Position numbers and translations under genes: made by a program
NCBI GenBank assembly: GCA_021613535.1
Contig: CP075494.1
Location: 682,001 to 746,000 of the forward strand
Length of the DNA: 64,000 bases
Direction of reading: 5' to 3'
Source of the DNA: Adineta vaga
Taxonomy: Eukaryota; Animalia; Rotifera
The notes under the pieces: generated by a model
The model's database searches: none
The model's input: only the letters and a program-made list of their open reading frames with translations
Told to the model about the DNA's origin: nothing
Part shown: positions 38,221 through 51,067 of the stretch, in pieces
Position numbering within the stretch: the stretch's first letter is position 1
Layout: each line of letters starts with the position of its first letter

Positions 38221-39548
38221 ACGAAGATATTCGATTTATTATATCATATGATTCAAATTTTAATAGATCATTTATTGATAATAACGATAAAAATTCCACA
38301 TGATTCAATGTCATCAGAGATAAAATATCTTGATGAGAAAAAGAATCCTTAAGGGATAAGTTTTTCACATTTGTATAATACGAACATATTTGTTTTGGAA
38401 TAGTTTCTTTAATAATTGAATTGACATATTTAATATTCATTGCATCAAAAGATTCATAGAACCATTCAGAAATAATTATATTAGTAAGATAAAAGTAAGA
38501 TTTAGTAAATAGACATTTATTTTGATAATCGACATACCAATGTTTATCTTCTAATCAATAAAATGTTTGAAAAGAATCAAGTGATATAGAACGATGATCT
38601 ATATGAAATTTAAAATTGAATATATCAACCGAATTTGTTAACGATTTCCATCGATATCCATCAATAAGATCTTCATTTCCACTTAGAATTAATGTCAGAT
38701 GTTTTAAACAAGAAAACTTTGAAATAAATTCTTCCAATTGATTCATTGTTACGGAATAATCTAAAAAAGAAATGGATTTAAATGAAAATATATGTTATAA
38801 AAACATATTTACTCTCAATTGTCAGATGAAGTCGAGTTAATTTTGATGATGCGAAATTTATATTGAAATCATTTTCATTTGTAAGGTGAAGACACACATT
38901 TAATGATTGAAGATTCGGTGAATTATGAATAATTGCTTGTAATTCATGAATAGAACATTCGTTTATTTTCAAATAACGAAGTTTTGTAAATGGTAACTTT
39001 GTTAAACCAAAAGCTTCATCTAATTTCAATCGGATTAAATAAGGCAAGAACTGTATATAACGATGAATAACAATCGAGTCCACTTGAAGATATTTTCTTA
39101 AAGACACAGAATTTCTATTAAACCTTTTATTTTTTATATAGTTGGCATTGAATGCAAACGTATTGAGTTGTTTTAGTTTGTATAGATTAGGAAAAATATG
39201 TTCTAACGATTCAAATTCAATGTCAAATAATGTCTAAGATTGTAAATGAACAAATTGTTGAAGTTGAAATCGAGAAAAAAATAATTTTGATAGATCAGGT
39301 GTATCACCATCGTCAGAAAGTGTTAATGAAATGACTTTGTCAGGTTGAATATATTGACAAATCAGATCAAAATGATTTCTTCGAATTGATCTGAAATCTA
39401 TCCAACTGGTAACATAATTAATTAAGACATTATTCAAATAATCACTAACATTGAGAAAAGTACAGAGAATTTCTCGTGTAGAAAAATAACTAAATAGAAT
39501 ATATGAAATTTCAACAGGTAAAATATCCAACATACACTGATATGACAT
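38180..39548 (-). pseudogene. F-box/LRR protein pseudogene
   Basis: LDILPVEISYILFSYF F-box; in-frame TAG at 39234-39236 (LQS*TLFDI); intron ~38811-38761; in-frame TGA at 38555-38557 (FY*LEDKHWYV, Trp expected). Confidence 0.8.
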
Positions 39549-40415
39549 GATAATCAAATGGTTATTCTTCTTCTTTTAGAGAGTATATAATAGCAAATAT
39601 AATCTTTCAAATCGGAAAAAAATATAAGTGTAATAAAGAACTTTTTTTAACGATTATTTTTATGATCTTTCACGGAAAAAACTAATTCATCGTGGTGCTA
39701 AATTATTTCTGTGATCTTATTTTATGTTCATCTGCTTCATGTTAGATTCGAACTCCATACCGTGTAATTGTCGTTCACTAATTCCATTGAAACATCTGTT
39801 CATATTCATACTAAGATTAAATAGAAAAACTTTATTCAGATTTCCTCTGACAACAGAATCTAGAGGATTACATTTATCCATCATAGTTTATGACCACTGA
39901 TATATAAACACACTTTATTCTGATAAGATTATACCTAGTGAAAGGCAGAGATTTATCAAAATTTGTGAATATTTAACCGTGGTTTTGTGCGTTATTGAAA
40001 AGTCTAACTATCGAATAGGGTATTGCAATACTAAAGCACATGTAAGTTGTTAAGGAAGTAAAAACATCTCGATTTCATCCACTAGCAAAACAAGTTTATG
40101 CATATTTCTATATCTGATAATGTACAAGTTCCTAAATATGATCAGAAGTAGTCATCTGAATTAATTGTGACGAAAGTATTCGATATATTCATATTTTCTA
40201 AAATCTGCTAAATCCTTAAGTATAGTTGACGTTTATCTACATTTGATGTTGATTTGTTTTATTTTCTCTCTAACTTCAACTTTTCAAATTATAATTTGTA
40301 TAATTTAAACTACACAATATACTGTCATAAAAATCGAAAAATTAATTTGAATATTACCGTTTTTTTGGCATTTAATAAAAATATTCTATTTTGATTAAAA
40401 AATCATATGTTTCTA

Positions 40416-40630
40416 CACTGTAAAAAAGTGGGGAACAACCAACGATAAAAGCGTTTATGATGGTCTCATAAACGTAGAAAAAGATTTATGAATTTTCAGC
40501 GTATAAAGAACTCCGTTTTTATTGTACTGGACGAAGATATAAATCCTTTTTGGATTTATGAAGCACTTCAAGACACTGAAAAGAGGTTTATTATACATTG
40601 CAAATCGGCTAATCGTTATTTTTTACAACG
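40416..40630. mobile_element. Putative MITE with CACTG-type TIRs
   Basis: ta-CACTGTAAAAAA ... TTTTTTACAACG-ta (2 mismatches). Confidence 0.45.
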
Positions 40631-41255
40631 TAGTTTTTTCCAACTTTCCATATTGTAGGATGATGGTAAATTCAGTTTTAATTGATGAGAAAATGTTTTC
40701 ATATCATACTGTGACTTTTATGTAGTAAGTTTTATTGATATAATATTATTAGAAAATCCAATCATGTTTTGAGAATAAATTGATTCAAATAATGATATTT
40801 TTCGAGATGATAATACCAGAACTAGTTGCTAACATACCGTGTTTTTTCGAAATAGCAGTTTTCAACGGTGTACACACCGCGGTTTTATGCAAGTGTACCG
40901 CGGTTGTGGGTGGTTGAAGGGAATAATGACACCCAGTCCGATCAAGTTTTATTTTTGATTTATCTAACTATTAACCCCATAAATGAACAACTAAATTTGG
41001 TCTCGGTATAAGACAATCAGAAAGGACAAGAGTACCAAAAAATTATCCAGATCCGTTAGTAGAAACAAAAATTATTATAGGCAAACACAACTTGAATCTC
41101 GATCGCATCAGAAGATTGCAATTCACTCAGCTATATTTGATATTCGAGAATGTAAGATATCTACCATTTGTACATGTAGGTCTGTCTTTTTTAATAATAA
41201 GAATACTATTACTGAGAAAAAAGTCTTTCACCAGAAGACTCACTCAAAAATACGA

Positions 41256-41852
41256 TCAGATATCATCATCCTCCAAATCAATTTTACTTTCTAATACCAT
41301 TTCAATCCAATCTTTAAATGTTCCAATTTGATACCATTCTGGTAAATTCAATATTTGTAAATAAATTGTACCAGTTCGTAATCCTAGTAAATATTGTTCG
41401 CAGTAATCATCCATACCTTCACCAATGACCAATACTTCAGTTTGCAATTTTTTAAATTCTTTTTTCTTGATAGTATTTTCTGTACCATCATATATTTTTA
41501 GATGTTCTTTTAAATCTTCTTTCATTGACTTGGGACAGTTATTCGAAACTACTGCTTCAAAAAGTAATGTACATCATTCTTCTGATTCGTACGGATACCA
41601 TTCGTTTAACGGCAAAAGATCAGTCGTGGGTGATCGGTAGCGAAGACCAAAACCGAATTTTGATCGACCATTGTGTATACGAAGAGCATTTTTCATATCA
41701 TCGGGTAGAAAAATGCCACCGAGACGTTTTTCAGCTTGCCTCAGATCATGTTCACTAACCCCAGAAACTGAGAGATTCTGAAATTTAGGACAGTGTTTGA
41801 AATGATTGTTGATTGTCTTCCATAGTTCTCTGTATTCGTTCAAGTCAGACAT
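41256..41852 (-). pseudogene. SMI1/KNR4 (SUKH) domain protein with one in-frame TGA
   Basis: GVSEHDLRQAEKRLGGIFLPDDMKNALRIHNG...LLPL; TGA at 41574-41576; same frame continues to VLVIGEGMDDYCEQYLLGLRTGTIY...TFKDWIE; no introns. Confidence 0.75.
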
Positions 41853-42699
41853 AGAAAGTGATGAGACGAGCTGAGCTAGAGAGAGAGAGATAGAGAAAAA
41901 TGGAATAAAATAGTTGTGATTCGAAAAAGTCGTATTAAGACGAACCATGTTGAGTTACCAGTTCTTCACTATTCCGAATGAAGATCATTTCAATTCCGTC
42001 GTCGAATACTATTCTTTCTGGATAAACTGGAAGAAACAGATGAAACATTTTGTAAAGCGTCGAACTTTAGCGAAACAGCATCGAGGTCACATAACTCTTG
42101 TGATAGAGATTTTAGTAGTACTGCCTTTTCTCGTCATGTCAATAGATAAACACTATTATTTCGGAAGAATAGTATCGTTATCCCAAAAAATGTGTCGTCT
42201 GCAGCTACAACATTAAGAAAAGTGAACTATAAAACCCACTTCTTTTCTGTGGTACTTGAAAGACAGCTTTGAGTTTTGCGATAATTGTTGGTTAATGTCT
42301 ACCGAATACTCAATTTCTCATGAATCTATTAAACTTTCCTATATTCAAAGCAAGTATGACCTAAGAAAATATTAATGTATGAAAAAAAACTTTTTCCGAA
42401 GCTGTGCTTGGCAAAAAACGGACGTTCTAGCATTTAAATTTGATGTTCGGTCGCTAAATGTTAGTCATCGTGGTTTTTTTGTCCTTTTCCCTGTGTCAAA
42501 CCTTTCATTCAAAATTACGTAAAAACATATAAAACCACCTTATTTGTTGAGTTGCTCGATAAGTATTGCAGTGCTGTTTGCATGATTTTTCTAGTGTACA
42601 TTTCCACGATCTCAGAGTCTTGAAGTGTTGGATCAGTTTTTTCTTAACTTAAGACGTCGATATTCTTTTTGATGAAAACATATTAGATAAACAAAGATT

Positions 42700-43544
42700 A
42701 ACGTGCTAAATCTTCTTCACAGTAGTTGCGTGCACAAGACGCGAGTATCTTTTAATTTTACCATACAACCAAAGATTTTCTTAAAATTTCTTTAAAAGCT
42801 TCTTGTCGTACTCTTCACGAGCTTGTATTTCAATTGTAAATGAATTTTGATCATTTCCATCCTCCACTAATTTACCGTCAGTGAGTATGTAGACAAAATG
42901 CGTTTTCTGTGATTCACTATCGTAAAGAAGGTTCGTGCTCGATGAAAAAGACTTACCAACCGCAGCTTGAGCTTCGACTTCGACGGTATCTTGGTTGATT
43001 ATTGATGCTTCACCGAAACTTCCAGTGTTTGCTTAAATAAACAGAAGAAATAAGGCAGAGATGTGGACCTTACGTACTCAACCCGTGTCAGTTGTACTAT
43101 TTTCGGTGCCTTAATTTTTATGATTTAGTCTATTTCAAGAATAAGAGTATCCTGCTTTTCAGCTACCTTGTCAGTATGTGCAGAATATCTTAACCACACA
43201 TCCATTTCAAACTTCATCTCTCTGATTCTACAGTTCATACCCATATTTTTTACGTGAATCTGATGTGGTCCATCTTCTACAATTTGTGTTTTTGTAAATA
43301 TCAGACGTCTTTTTAACGTTTTGTCTTGAGTTCCACGAGGCGTAAAAATTAAATTAATCTGTTGTTTCGCTTTTTTACTGTTTTTATTAATCATCGCTTC
43401 TTCATCTTCGTCAGCATCTCGATAAACAAAATCAACATGTCCGTCTTCTAATACTGTTAAGTGCCTGAGAGTATTATTGTCGATTTCTGTTGAAGCTTTT
43501 TCCGACGTGGAAGCAGATTTCCGTTTTACTTTGGATGTTGACAT
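42700..43544 (-). CDS. Hypothetical multi-exon protein; 3' end uncertain
   Basis: ORF from ATG 43544 (MSTSKVKRK..LEDGHVDFVYR); further GTAAG donors and AG acceptors near 43073/43032 and 42957; family not recognised. Confidence 0.4.
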
Positions 43545-44238
43545 TATTTGTTGTTGCTTCTGTTCTTCAAAGCAAAATAAAAACAGCAATATGTATACTT
43601 GTTCTAAACATGAAGGAAAGAAAAAAGAAGAAAATGTATTATGGTCGTCCTCTCTTCATCATAGACTTTGCGTTCTGTGCGATTTCTTTTCTTTTTTCTC
43701 GGTCTGTTACATTCTGCAGAATCCTTTATTTTTTGAGAGTATAGTAGAAATAAACATATAAAGGTAGTTCTTGCGAGAGTGTGTTGTAATGACATCAATT
43801 TTATCAAGTACCCACCAGAAAATTATTTTTTTAAAAACCGCGGTGTTCATTTTGGTGATTTTTAGCGGTATTATTCACCGCGGCTTTCAATGATAACGTT
43901 GTGAAATCGTTTTGCTCGACGAGTTTATTTTGGCCTGTCCCTAAAGACGCGCTGCACATCTTCAAAGGCAGTGTTTTTGATAAATCGTACATTTTTGAGA
44001 GAAGGACATCTAAAAAGACACCGCGGTACTCTCTCTTTTGTTTACCCACACCTACACCCACACCATCAAGATTTCGTCGAAAAACGATTTTGTTAATATT
44101 TTTATTCGAACGAGATTTGTAGTTTTTACTGCATTACAATCTTTCGAATTAAACCACATCATGGGCCAGTTAGTATAAATATATTGCAAAAAAAATAGTG
44201 TTCATATTGATGTCTTACATGCTTTTAGTTTTTCTCAA

Positions 44239-44829
44239 GTGTTGAGTTTGGTTCTACTTATTTTTGTCGTCTTCATCTATGTTAGTTTAACAATTACTAA
44301 ACTTGTACTTTACTCAAAGTTTTCACATCTACCATGCACAATTGAATCTAATGTGAAAACTTATCTGATTATGAGTGGTGTTGTAGAAATAGTATGGCCA
44401 TTTCTTTTCATAATTGTCTTTTTTTGTTGTAAAGAAGAAGATTTTCAAACGACTGTAATTACATATCAACATTGGGTTAAACACCCAGGTTGGTCATGGC
44501 AGAAAAACGGGACTACACAAGAAAAAAGACGAGGTATAAATTTTACAGTATCAAAATTCCATGTTCTCTTCTAATATTTTTTGTTATAAGGCATTGGTAC
44601 TTTGACTTTGTATGCAGCTCTGATCTGTCTATTTGCAAGTTTTATTCTATGGTGTTGTGGAAATGCTTGGATTGCGGTGAAATATAAATATGTTCAGTAT
44701 TATAATATAAATTCAACCGATTATTGTCATCCACAATTATTTAAAGGTGCTTTTGCAGTTATCATTATTGCAAATATAGATATTAGTTTCTTAGTGATAA
44801 CTGTAGTTTTTTACTATATCACAAAATAA
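44239..44829 (+). CDS. TMEM272-like multi-pass membrane protein; start uncertain
   Basis: C.....V..YLIMSG, W..GN.W, DYCHPQLFKGAF motifs; four hydrophobic segments across two ORFs. Confidence 0.55.
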
Positions 44830-45164
44830 ATAAATTCTCTTTTTATAAGTATAATTAAGCAACTCATGTGATTGAGATCGAAGAATGCGAAGCTGGTACC
44901 ATACATTCACTTACATTGTATATACACATTTGTTTTTTTCTTGTATTGGGCAAGGAATGCAATTGGACGGTTCGTTGATTCACTTAAATAAACATTATTT
45001 AGAAAAAACTAAGCAACTGTATTGAATACAGAGATAGAAAGGAGTTTGCTTGCTTCCTACGAATACATTTCAGCATTAATTTCCATCGTAATTATACTTA
45101 ATTATCTCGATATGGATTTGTTCACGTAATGCGACACTTCCGGCATAAGTATTTGTTTCAGAAC

Positions 45165-45226
45165 TTGAGGATGTGAGTGAAATGTCGAATTCAACGTACT
45201 CGCATTACACCCACACCCACCCTCGA
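45165..45226. repeat. Telomere-like palindromic element
   Basis: ttgaggatgtgagtg...acacccacacccaccctcga. Confidence 0.8.
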
Positions 45227-45837
45227 GCATAGATTCGACGAAAAAAAGAAAAAAAAACACTCCATATAATCGAATTCTTTTCTGTTTTGCACGTAGACAC
45301 ATAGATAATATGAAACGAAAGTTAACTCTTATCGAATCCACTGAAGAAATTACGAAACAAAATCATTTAATTATTAATACGTAAATTTGTAAACGTATTT
45401 TATTTTGAAGATTTATTGGTACCTTTCAATCGTAAATTTCATCGATCATACTTGTAAGTTCAGTTATAAATGAATAATCTTCCTACTATCAAAACGAAGA
45501 TTATAATAGAGTATTTTATTCTTTTTGCCTTTTCACATGTTGGGTATTTTTCTCTTTCTTGTAACAAACACGTGCTATTTGAGTTTTGTTTTTCTAATGT
45601 ATGTGCAGCAAGATATGTATGCGAAAGAAACGAGAAAAAAAATGAGGCAGTTAGTCAAACACTTCCTTAGATTGTGAGTTGCCTGTGTATATTTACTATT
45701 AATCGACTGTTGGAAGTTTTACTTTTATTTTTTAACAAATATTATCCCAGATAGCAACACGAATACGTATTTTTACTGAAACTGAGCACACGTCGATAAT
45801 GAAAATTTTAAATTTTATTTTTGTTTTGTAGTTTTCA

Positions 45838-46764
45838 ATGAATTCTGTCAATGAAATAACTGAAGGATTATCTCGACGAGATCATCCAGATTTAATAGAT
45901 GTTGATGCCGATGCAGCTTTTGCTTTTGAACTTCAAGCACAAGAATATGCTAAATATAATAATTCATCTTCTCGTCGTCATCATTATTCCTCAACTAAAC
46001 AAGTATCAAAAACTAATAACACTTCTTTACCCAGTTTTGCTGATGAGGATCAAGAGAAAATGGTTAGTGATGGCATACTAGCAGCACGTTTACAACAAGA
46101 AGAAGATCGAAAACGACATGATCCAGCAACGGCTAATGATGCACTACTAGCAGCGCGTTTACAAGAAGAAGAAAATAGAAAAAACCCACAAAATCAACAA
46201 CTATCTCATCGAACTTATCAATCGGATCATTCATCCACTGCACCTTTTGCGCAATCTAGATCTTTTAATCCACCAATTTCAAATTCATTTCGATCATTGA
46301 CCTCGGAATTTCCAAATAATTTCGATTTTCACCGTTCTCGAAATTTCAATAATAGAATTATTGATAATACAGAAGATTTGGATGTGGACGATAGTCCAGT
46401 AAATGCCTATATACTTAATTCGATTTAAATAAATTTTCTTTTCTTTCTAGAGTTCCTATGAATCAGAGGCATTAACACGAAGCAAAGCTTTGACTAACGA
46501 TCAAATAAATATCTTACCAACGGAAAAATTTCGTCGTACAGCAAATAAAAGTGATGAACAAAATAAATGTGGTGTTTGTTGGGATGAATTTCAACAAAAT
46601 GAAACATTACGTCGATTAACATGTCTTCATATATATCATAAAGATTGTATAGATCCTTGGTTACAAGTAAATATAGTATTGATTTGTTTGTTTTCAAATT
46701 TATCAAATGGTTTTTCTAGAAAAAAAATCAATGTCCAATCTGTCGAGAACCACCAATAAAGTAA
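45838..46764 (+). CDS. RING-H2 E3 ubiquitin ligase with MIU/UIM-like repeats
   Basis: Exons 45838-46398, 46451-46666, 46720-46764. CGVCWDEF..LTCLHIYHKDCIDPWLQKKNQCPICR; three D...A..LQ.EE repeats. Confidence 0.9.
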
Positions 46765-46928
46765 TTTCATACCTTATTGTGTAACACAGATGATCTGTAA
46801 ACAATGACAATCAATTTAAAAAAACTGATATTTTCTTATTGTTAAATTAACTGTTCAATGTGTCAACGAACTATGAAATTTCTCTAATATATATCTATGA
46901 TTTTTTGGCAGAGAGTAAAACAAGTCTT

Positions 46929-46995
46929 TGATGGGAATGGTAGATGTGGGTGTTAGATAGTTGTAGTAATCACACTCACACCCATCCCACCCTCT
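46929..46995. repeat. Telomere-like palindromic element
   Basis: gatgtgggtgttagatagttgtagtaatcacactcacacccatcccaccctc. Confidence 0.7.
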
Positions 46996-47229
46996 TCATA
47001 ATAGTTTTCCAAATATTGAAATACTTTATTTCTATGGGAAACTAGAAGGATCATATTCGAATTATGCAGCATCTGATATATTTAGAAATGATTTTCTTAA
47101 AAATAATCAAATACAATTTCCATTTGTGACTACAGTTTGTCTTAATATTGAACTTGAACGTTCTTTCTAATTATTTATTTGAAAAAAGTTTTTGCTTCTC
47201 AATAAATGTTCTGAAATTAAACTTACCCT

Positions 47230-47691
47230 CACCCCAAATATGAGTTTATGAAATAATTGAGAAAAAATGAATAAATAGTTTTCTGATTTATTTTGTTAAA
47301 CAATGACTTCATCAACAGTACATGTCGTGCAAAACACCAATAGAGAATAAGACCTTAAAAGAAATCATAGACTACAATATTAAAGATAGAATTCATTGAA
47401 AACTTAGCACCAATAGGAAAAAAAGCATATTATCAAAATCCAAATAAGTTTAGAACATATATCACGACTACTTGTGGTTAAAAGTTCAAAAATAGCAATC
47501 AGATCAAGAATTAAAATGATCTTTAATTAACAAAACATAAAATTTAATAAAAACTTTTTTCATATGAAACTTATTACTGAAGCTAATACACCACCGACAC
47601 TGGAACTAATAATAACAGGTCTATTGTCAGCATATACAACAGAAATTAATAATAAAATAAAAATAGATACGTAAATCAATGAATCTACCAT
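47230..47691 (-). CDS. Small membrane protein with PLDc_N-like hairpin (not in ORF track)
   Basis: Exons 47691-47578, 47520-47411 and from 47353 give MVDSLIYVSIFILLLISVVYA..IILILDLIAIFELLTTSSRDICSKLIWILIICFFPIGLILYW. Second donor is weak and the 3' end uncertain. Confidence 0.6.
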
Positions 47692-48027
47692 GTTTAACTA
47701 TTTTCAAATGACGTAATTACATTCTTGATAAAGAGAAAAAACAAAACTTACTCATCAACATGTACCTGTTCGCTTGTTTGTTAAATAAAGACCAATAATT
47801 GCTGAAGAATAGCACAAAAAATCAAACATACCTTAGTCATAGATGCAAGCAGATGAGTGAGAATGTGTATAGATGTAAAACGTGTATAATAATGATGATT
47901 CAATTCTTATTCATCGTATAACTTTCACCTACTCGTTTACTATAACAGAATAAATATTGATAAGATAATTCAAGTATATTAAAACTCCTTTATTATTGAA
48001 TTTTCTTCACACATACAATTGAAAGTC

Positions 48028-49397
48028 ATGGGTACATCAATATCTACTGTAAATGGTTTCAAACATTTTAATCAAAAACTTTATTCAGCTATCAGCCAAA
48101 CTCAAACTGGTAACAATATATTTCTTTCACCATCAAGTATTGCTTTAGCTATATCAATGTGTACTATTGGTGCTCAACATGAAACATTAAATCAAATGTT
48201 ACAAACACTTGAATTCTCATCAAAAGAAGAATTAATTCAATCATCTGAACAAATTCTTAATATCTTCAATTTAGTTGATAAAGATCGACAAATTCAATTG
48301 AAATTAGCTAATCGTCTTTATGCTCAAAAAACATATCAAATTCAAGAAGAATATTTACAAATTATTCGTAAATCTTTTTCAGCTGATATGAAACTTGAAG
48401 ATTTTAGAAACAAAAGTGAACAAATTGTTCAAGCAATTAATAATTGGGTTGAAGATCAAACAAATCAATTAATAAAAAATCTCCTCTCACCAATTGATAT
48501 TCGAGCTGACATACGATTAATTATCATTAATTGTATTTATTTTAAAGTATATAAAACTTTTTCATTAAAACATATTTATTTTTTTTTTGTTTTTTATATT
48601 TTAGGGAATATGGGTCAAACAATTTGATGAACGTAAAACTAATCATGATGCAAATTTTCATGAAGTTAATGGTACGAATTCAAAAATTAGTTTAATGTAT
48701 CAATATGGGAAATTTGCTTATGCCGAAAATAAATCTTTACAAATTCAAATTGTTCATATTCCGTATAAAAGTAGTAATGAAAATGTTCAATTTGTTTTTA
48801 CAATAATTTTACCAAATGAAGGTGTTTTATTATCAAAAATTGAAGAAAACTTTGCATCGAAAGTAGATTTATTAGAAGATATACTTCACCAACGAAATAC
48901 AACATCACAAGAATTAATGTTATATATACCAAAATTCAAAATGGAATTTTCATGTGAATTAAAAAGTGTTTTAGAACAACTCGGAATGAAAAATGCATTT
49001 GATGAAAATCAAGCAGATTTTAATGATATTTTCAAGAAACAAGATGATGGAGTTGGTTTATTTATTAGTAAGGTAGAGCATATTGTTTGTTAAAGAAACT
49101 TTTTTTATTGGTTTTATTTGATAATTTTAGGTTATTCATAAAGCATTTATTGATGTTAATGAACAGGGTAAAATCTAAGCATAGAAATGAAATGAAAAAT
49201 TTTCAATATTTTTTATAGGAACAGAAGCAGCTGCTGCTACAGCGATCTTAGGAGTGGCAAAAGGTATAGGACGACGACAACCACAACCAATTTTATTTCG
49301 AACTGATCGTCCATTTTTATTTTATATTCGAGAAGTTCGACAAAATCAAACATTATTTACCGGTAAATTTCTTACCTGTACAAATTTATCATCTTAA
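48028..49397 (+). CDS. Serpin, intracellular, inhibitory-type hinge
   Basis: Exons 48028-48546, 48605-49072, 49131-49167, 49219-49397. NIFLSPSSI, NCIYFKGIW, EQGTEAAAAT hinge, FRTDRPFLFYI. Confidence 0.93.
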
Positions 49398-49489
49398 TTT
49401 TTCGAATAATAAACATATACGACTATGCAATTCTATCAGATCATTTTTATTTCAAATTTGTCAACATATGAAATATCTTTTCAAATAGT

Positions 49490-50497
49490 TCATTCAATGT
49501 TTTCTAATTTCCCTTGTTGACATTCACTATTTGACCAAGACCATTGTTGAACTAGAACACCAACAATTGTAGTACACATTGGTATATCAATCCATTGATT
49601 TAAAGCATTTTTTGGTGTTAAATGATAATATCCATTTAAAAGTAATTCAAAACATTGAGTACTCGATTACCAGCACGATTTGTTAGACGATAGAAATCAT
49701 CGTTGAGGGATTCAACAATCTATTGTTGATTACTTGCACCTCCATATTCTAGTTGACTGATAAATGCATGATTTTGGTTATTAACTGCACAAAGACTGCT
49801 TCGATAGGAGCATATTTTGGTGTTATTCGATATATACCTCCGATTCCAGCTGCAGCTGCTGTTGAAGTTGTTCTGACAGTTGTAGATCCGGAGTTTGAAT
49901 TCGTACCATTATTTAATCGAATAATACTAATTCTGTCAGTTTTTGCATTGAAAATGATTTGATTGTTGTTGATTGGAAGATTGATAGTTTGAAGGTCGGC
50001 ATTGTTATTGAAAGTATAGAGTGTAGCATCAGAAAGTATATAACCACCTTGTAAATTAAGATGAAGCTGTTGTGGAAGTGGATATAAATCAAATTTACGT
50101 GAAACATCCCAACTTGATACTTCATTCCAAATCATTAAATAAAACTCACCATTACGTTTCTGAAAAATTAACTGTCGAACATTAGTTAAGTTTCCAGTGA
50201 GTGTATAAGTCAATGTATTTGGAAAGAAATTTGGTCCCTTATCATTTAATACTGATATTAAGTATTTTATTGCTCGAAATGCTGGTTTTTCTGTTAAATT
50301 ATTTCGCAATAAGCCAAATAATCCTTCCATACCTGGTAATGCTTGATCTACAAGTTCATACTTATATGTACGATCAATACCATGTGAAAGAATTCAGCAA
50401 ATATCTGAAGTGTATATTTTCCATTAGCTTCTTCTGATACATCACCAAGATCGATATAATTATTATGACCAGTTTCTGTATCTTGAATAGTTTTACG
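49490..50497 (-). pseudogene. Bacterial-like clan GH-A glycoside hydrolase C-terminal half plus ricin B lectin, truncated and frameshifted
   Basis: IQDTETGH..GKY..FAEFF/fs/GIDRTYKYELVDQ..EGLFGLLRNNLTEKPAF..QKRNGEFYLMIWNE; then QQ*(TAG 49720-49722)IVES..FYRL and NGYYHLTPKN..VQQWSW..CQQ; no introns. Confidence 0.7.
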
Positions 50498-50550
50498 AGG
50501 GTGTGTGTAGGAATCTCAGATGGATGTAGTACCCACACTCACACCCTCAA
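50496..50550. repeat. Telomere-like palindromic element abutting the GH truncation point
   Basis: cgagggtgtgtgtagg...gtagtacccacactcacaccctcaa. Confidence 0.85.
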
Positions 50551-50995
50551 CTAATTTAATATTTAAAAAATAATTTTGGCATACTTCGCCAATCGAATCT
50601 TTTAAATCTATTTTGTCATAGAGGTTATTATAGAAGATATTCAATTGCAATGTTATAGATACTAACATGTATGTTTATTTCGATCATACAACGAGAAACT
50701 GATTTTAGAGAAGCAAATGTGAGAATAGAAGTAACAAGAAATTCATTCGCAGCATGGGTTGATGTAGGATGTGAAGAATATTTCACTTCTATCTTTAGAT
50801 TTTATTTGATCAGATCTCGATTAGACAGACTAAGAGTTTAGCAAAACTCTTGGAATTTATCGTCCTACGAGTAGCTAAACTCATCACATAAGCTATCGTA
50901 AAATGGAGATCAAGACATAATACAGTTGTACTGTTCATTGACATAAAGTAATAACAATTCAACAGCTGATATGGAAACTCTGTTATCGTAAGATA

Positions 50996-51067
50996 TAGGG
51001 TGTGGGTGGGTGCGTGTAGATGTGAGTAGTGTATATACAAATTTATAGATTTATACTACACTCTCAA
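50996..51067. repeat. Telomere-like palindromic element (degenerate right arm)
   Basis: tagggtgtgggtgggtgcgtg...ctacactctcaa. Confidence 0.6.

Noticed and set aside
39740-39800. tRNA or SINE-like B-box (gttcgaatc on the minus strand)
   Set aside because: No cloverleaf or A-box could be built.
38555-41576. Alternative genetic code (UGA=Trp)
   Set aside because: Intact genes here end in TGA (30003, 56281) and use TGG for Trp; TAG stops and frameshifts co-occur in the same pseudogenes.
43810-44030. CCGCGG-rich short palindromes (also 40872-40905 and 59812-59943)
   Set aside because: Probably transposon relics, but I could not define TIRs or TSDs.
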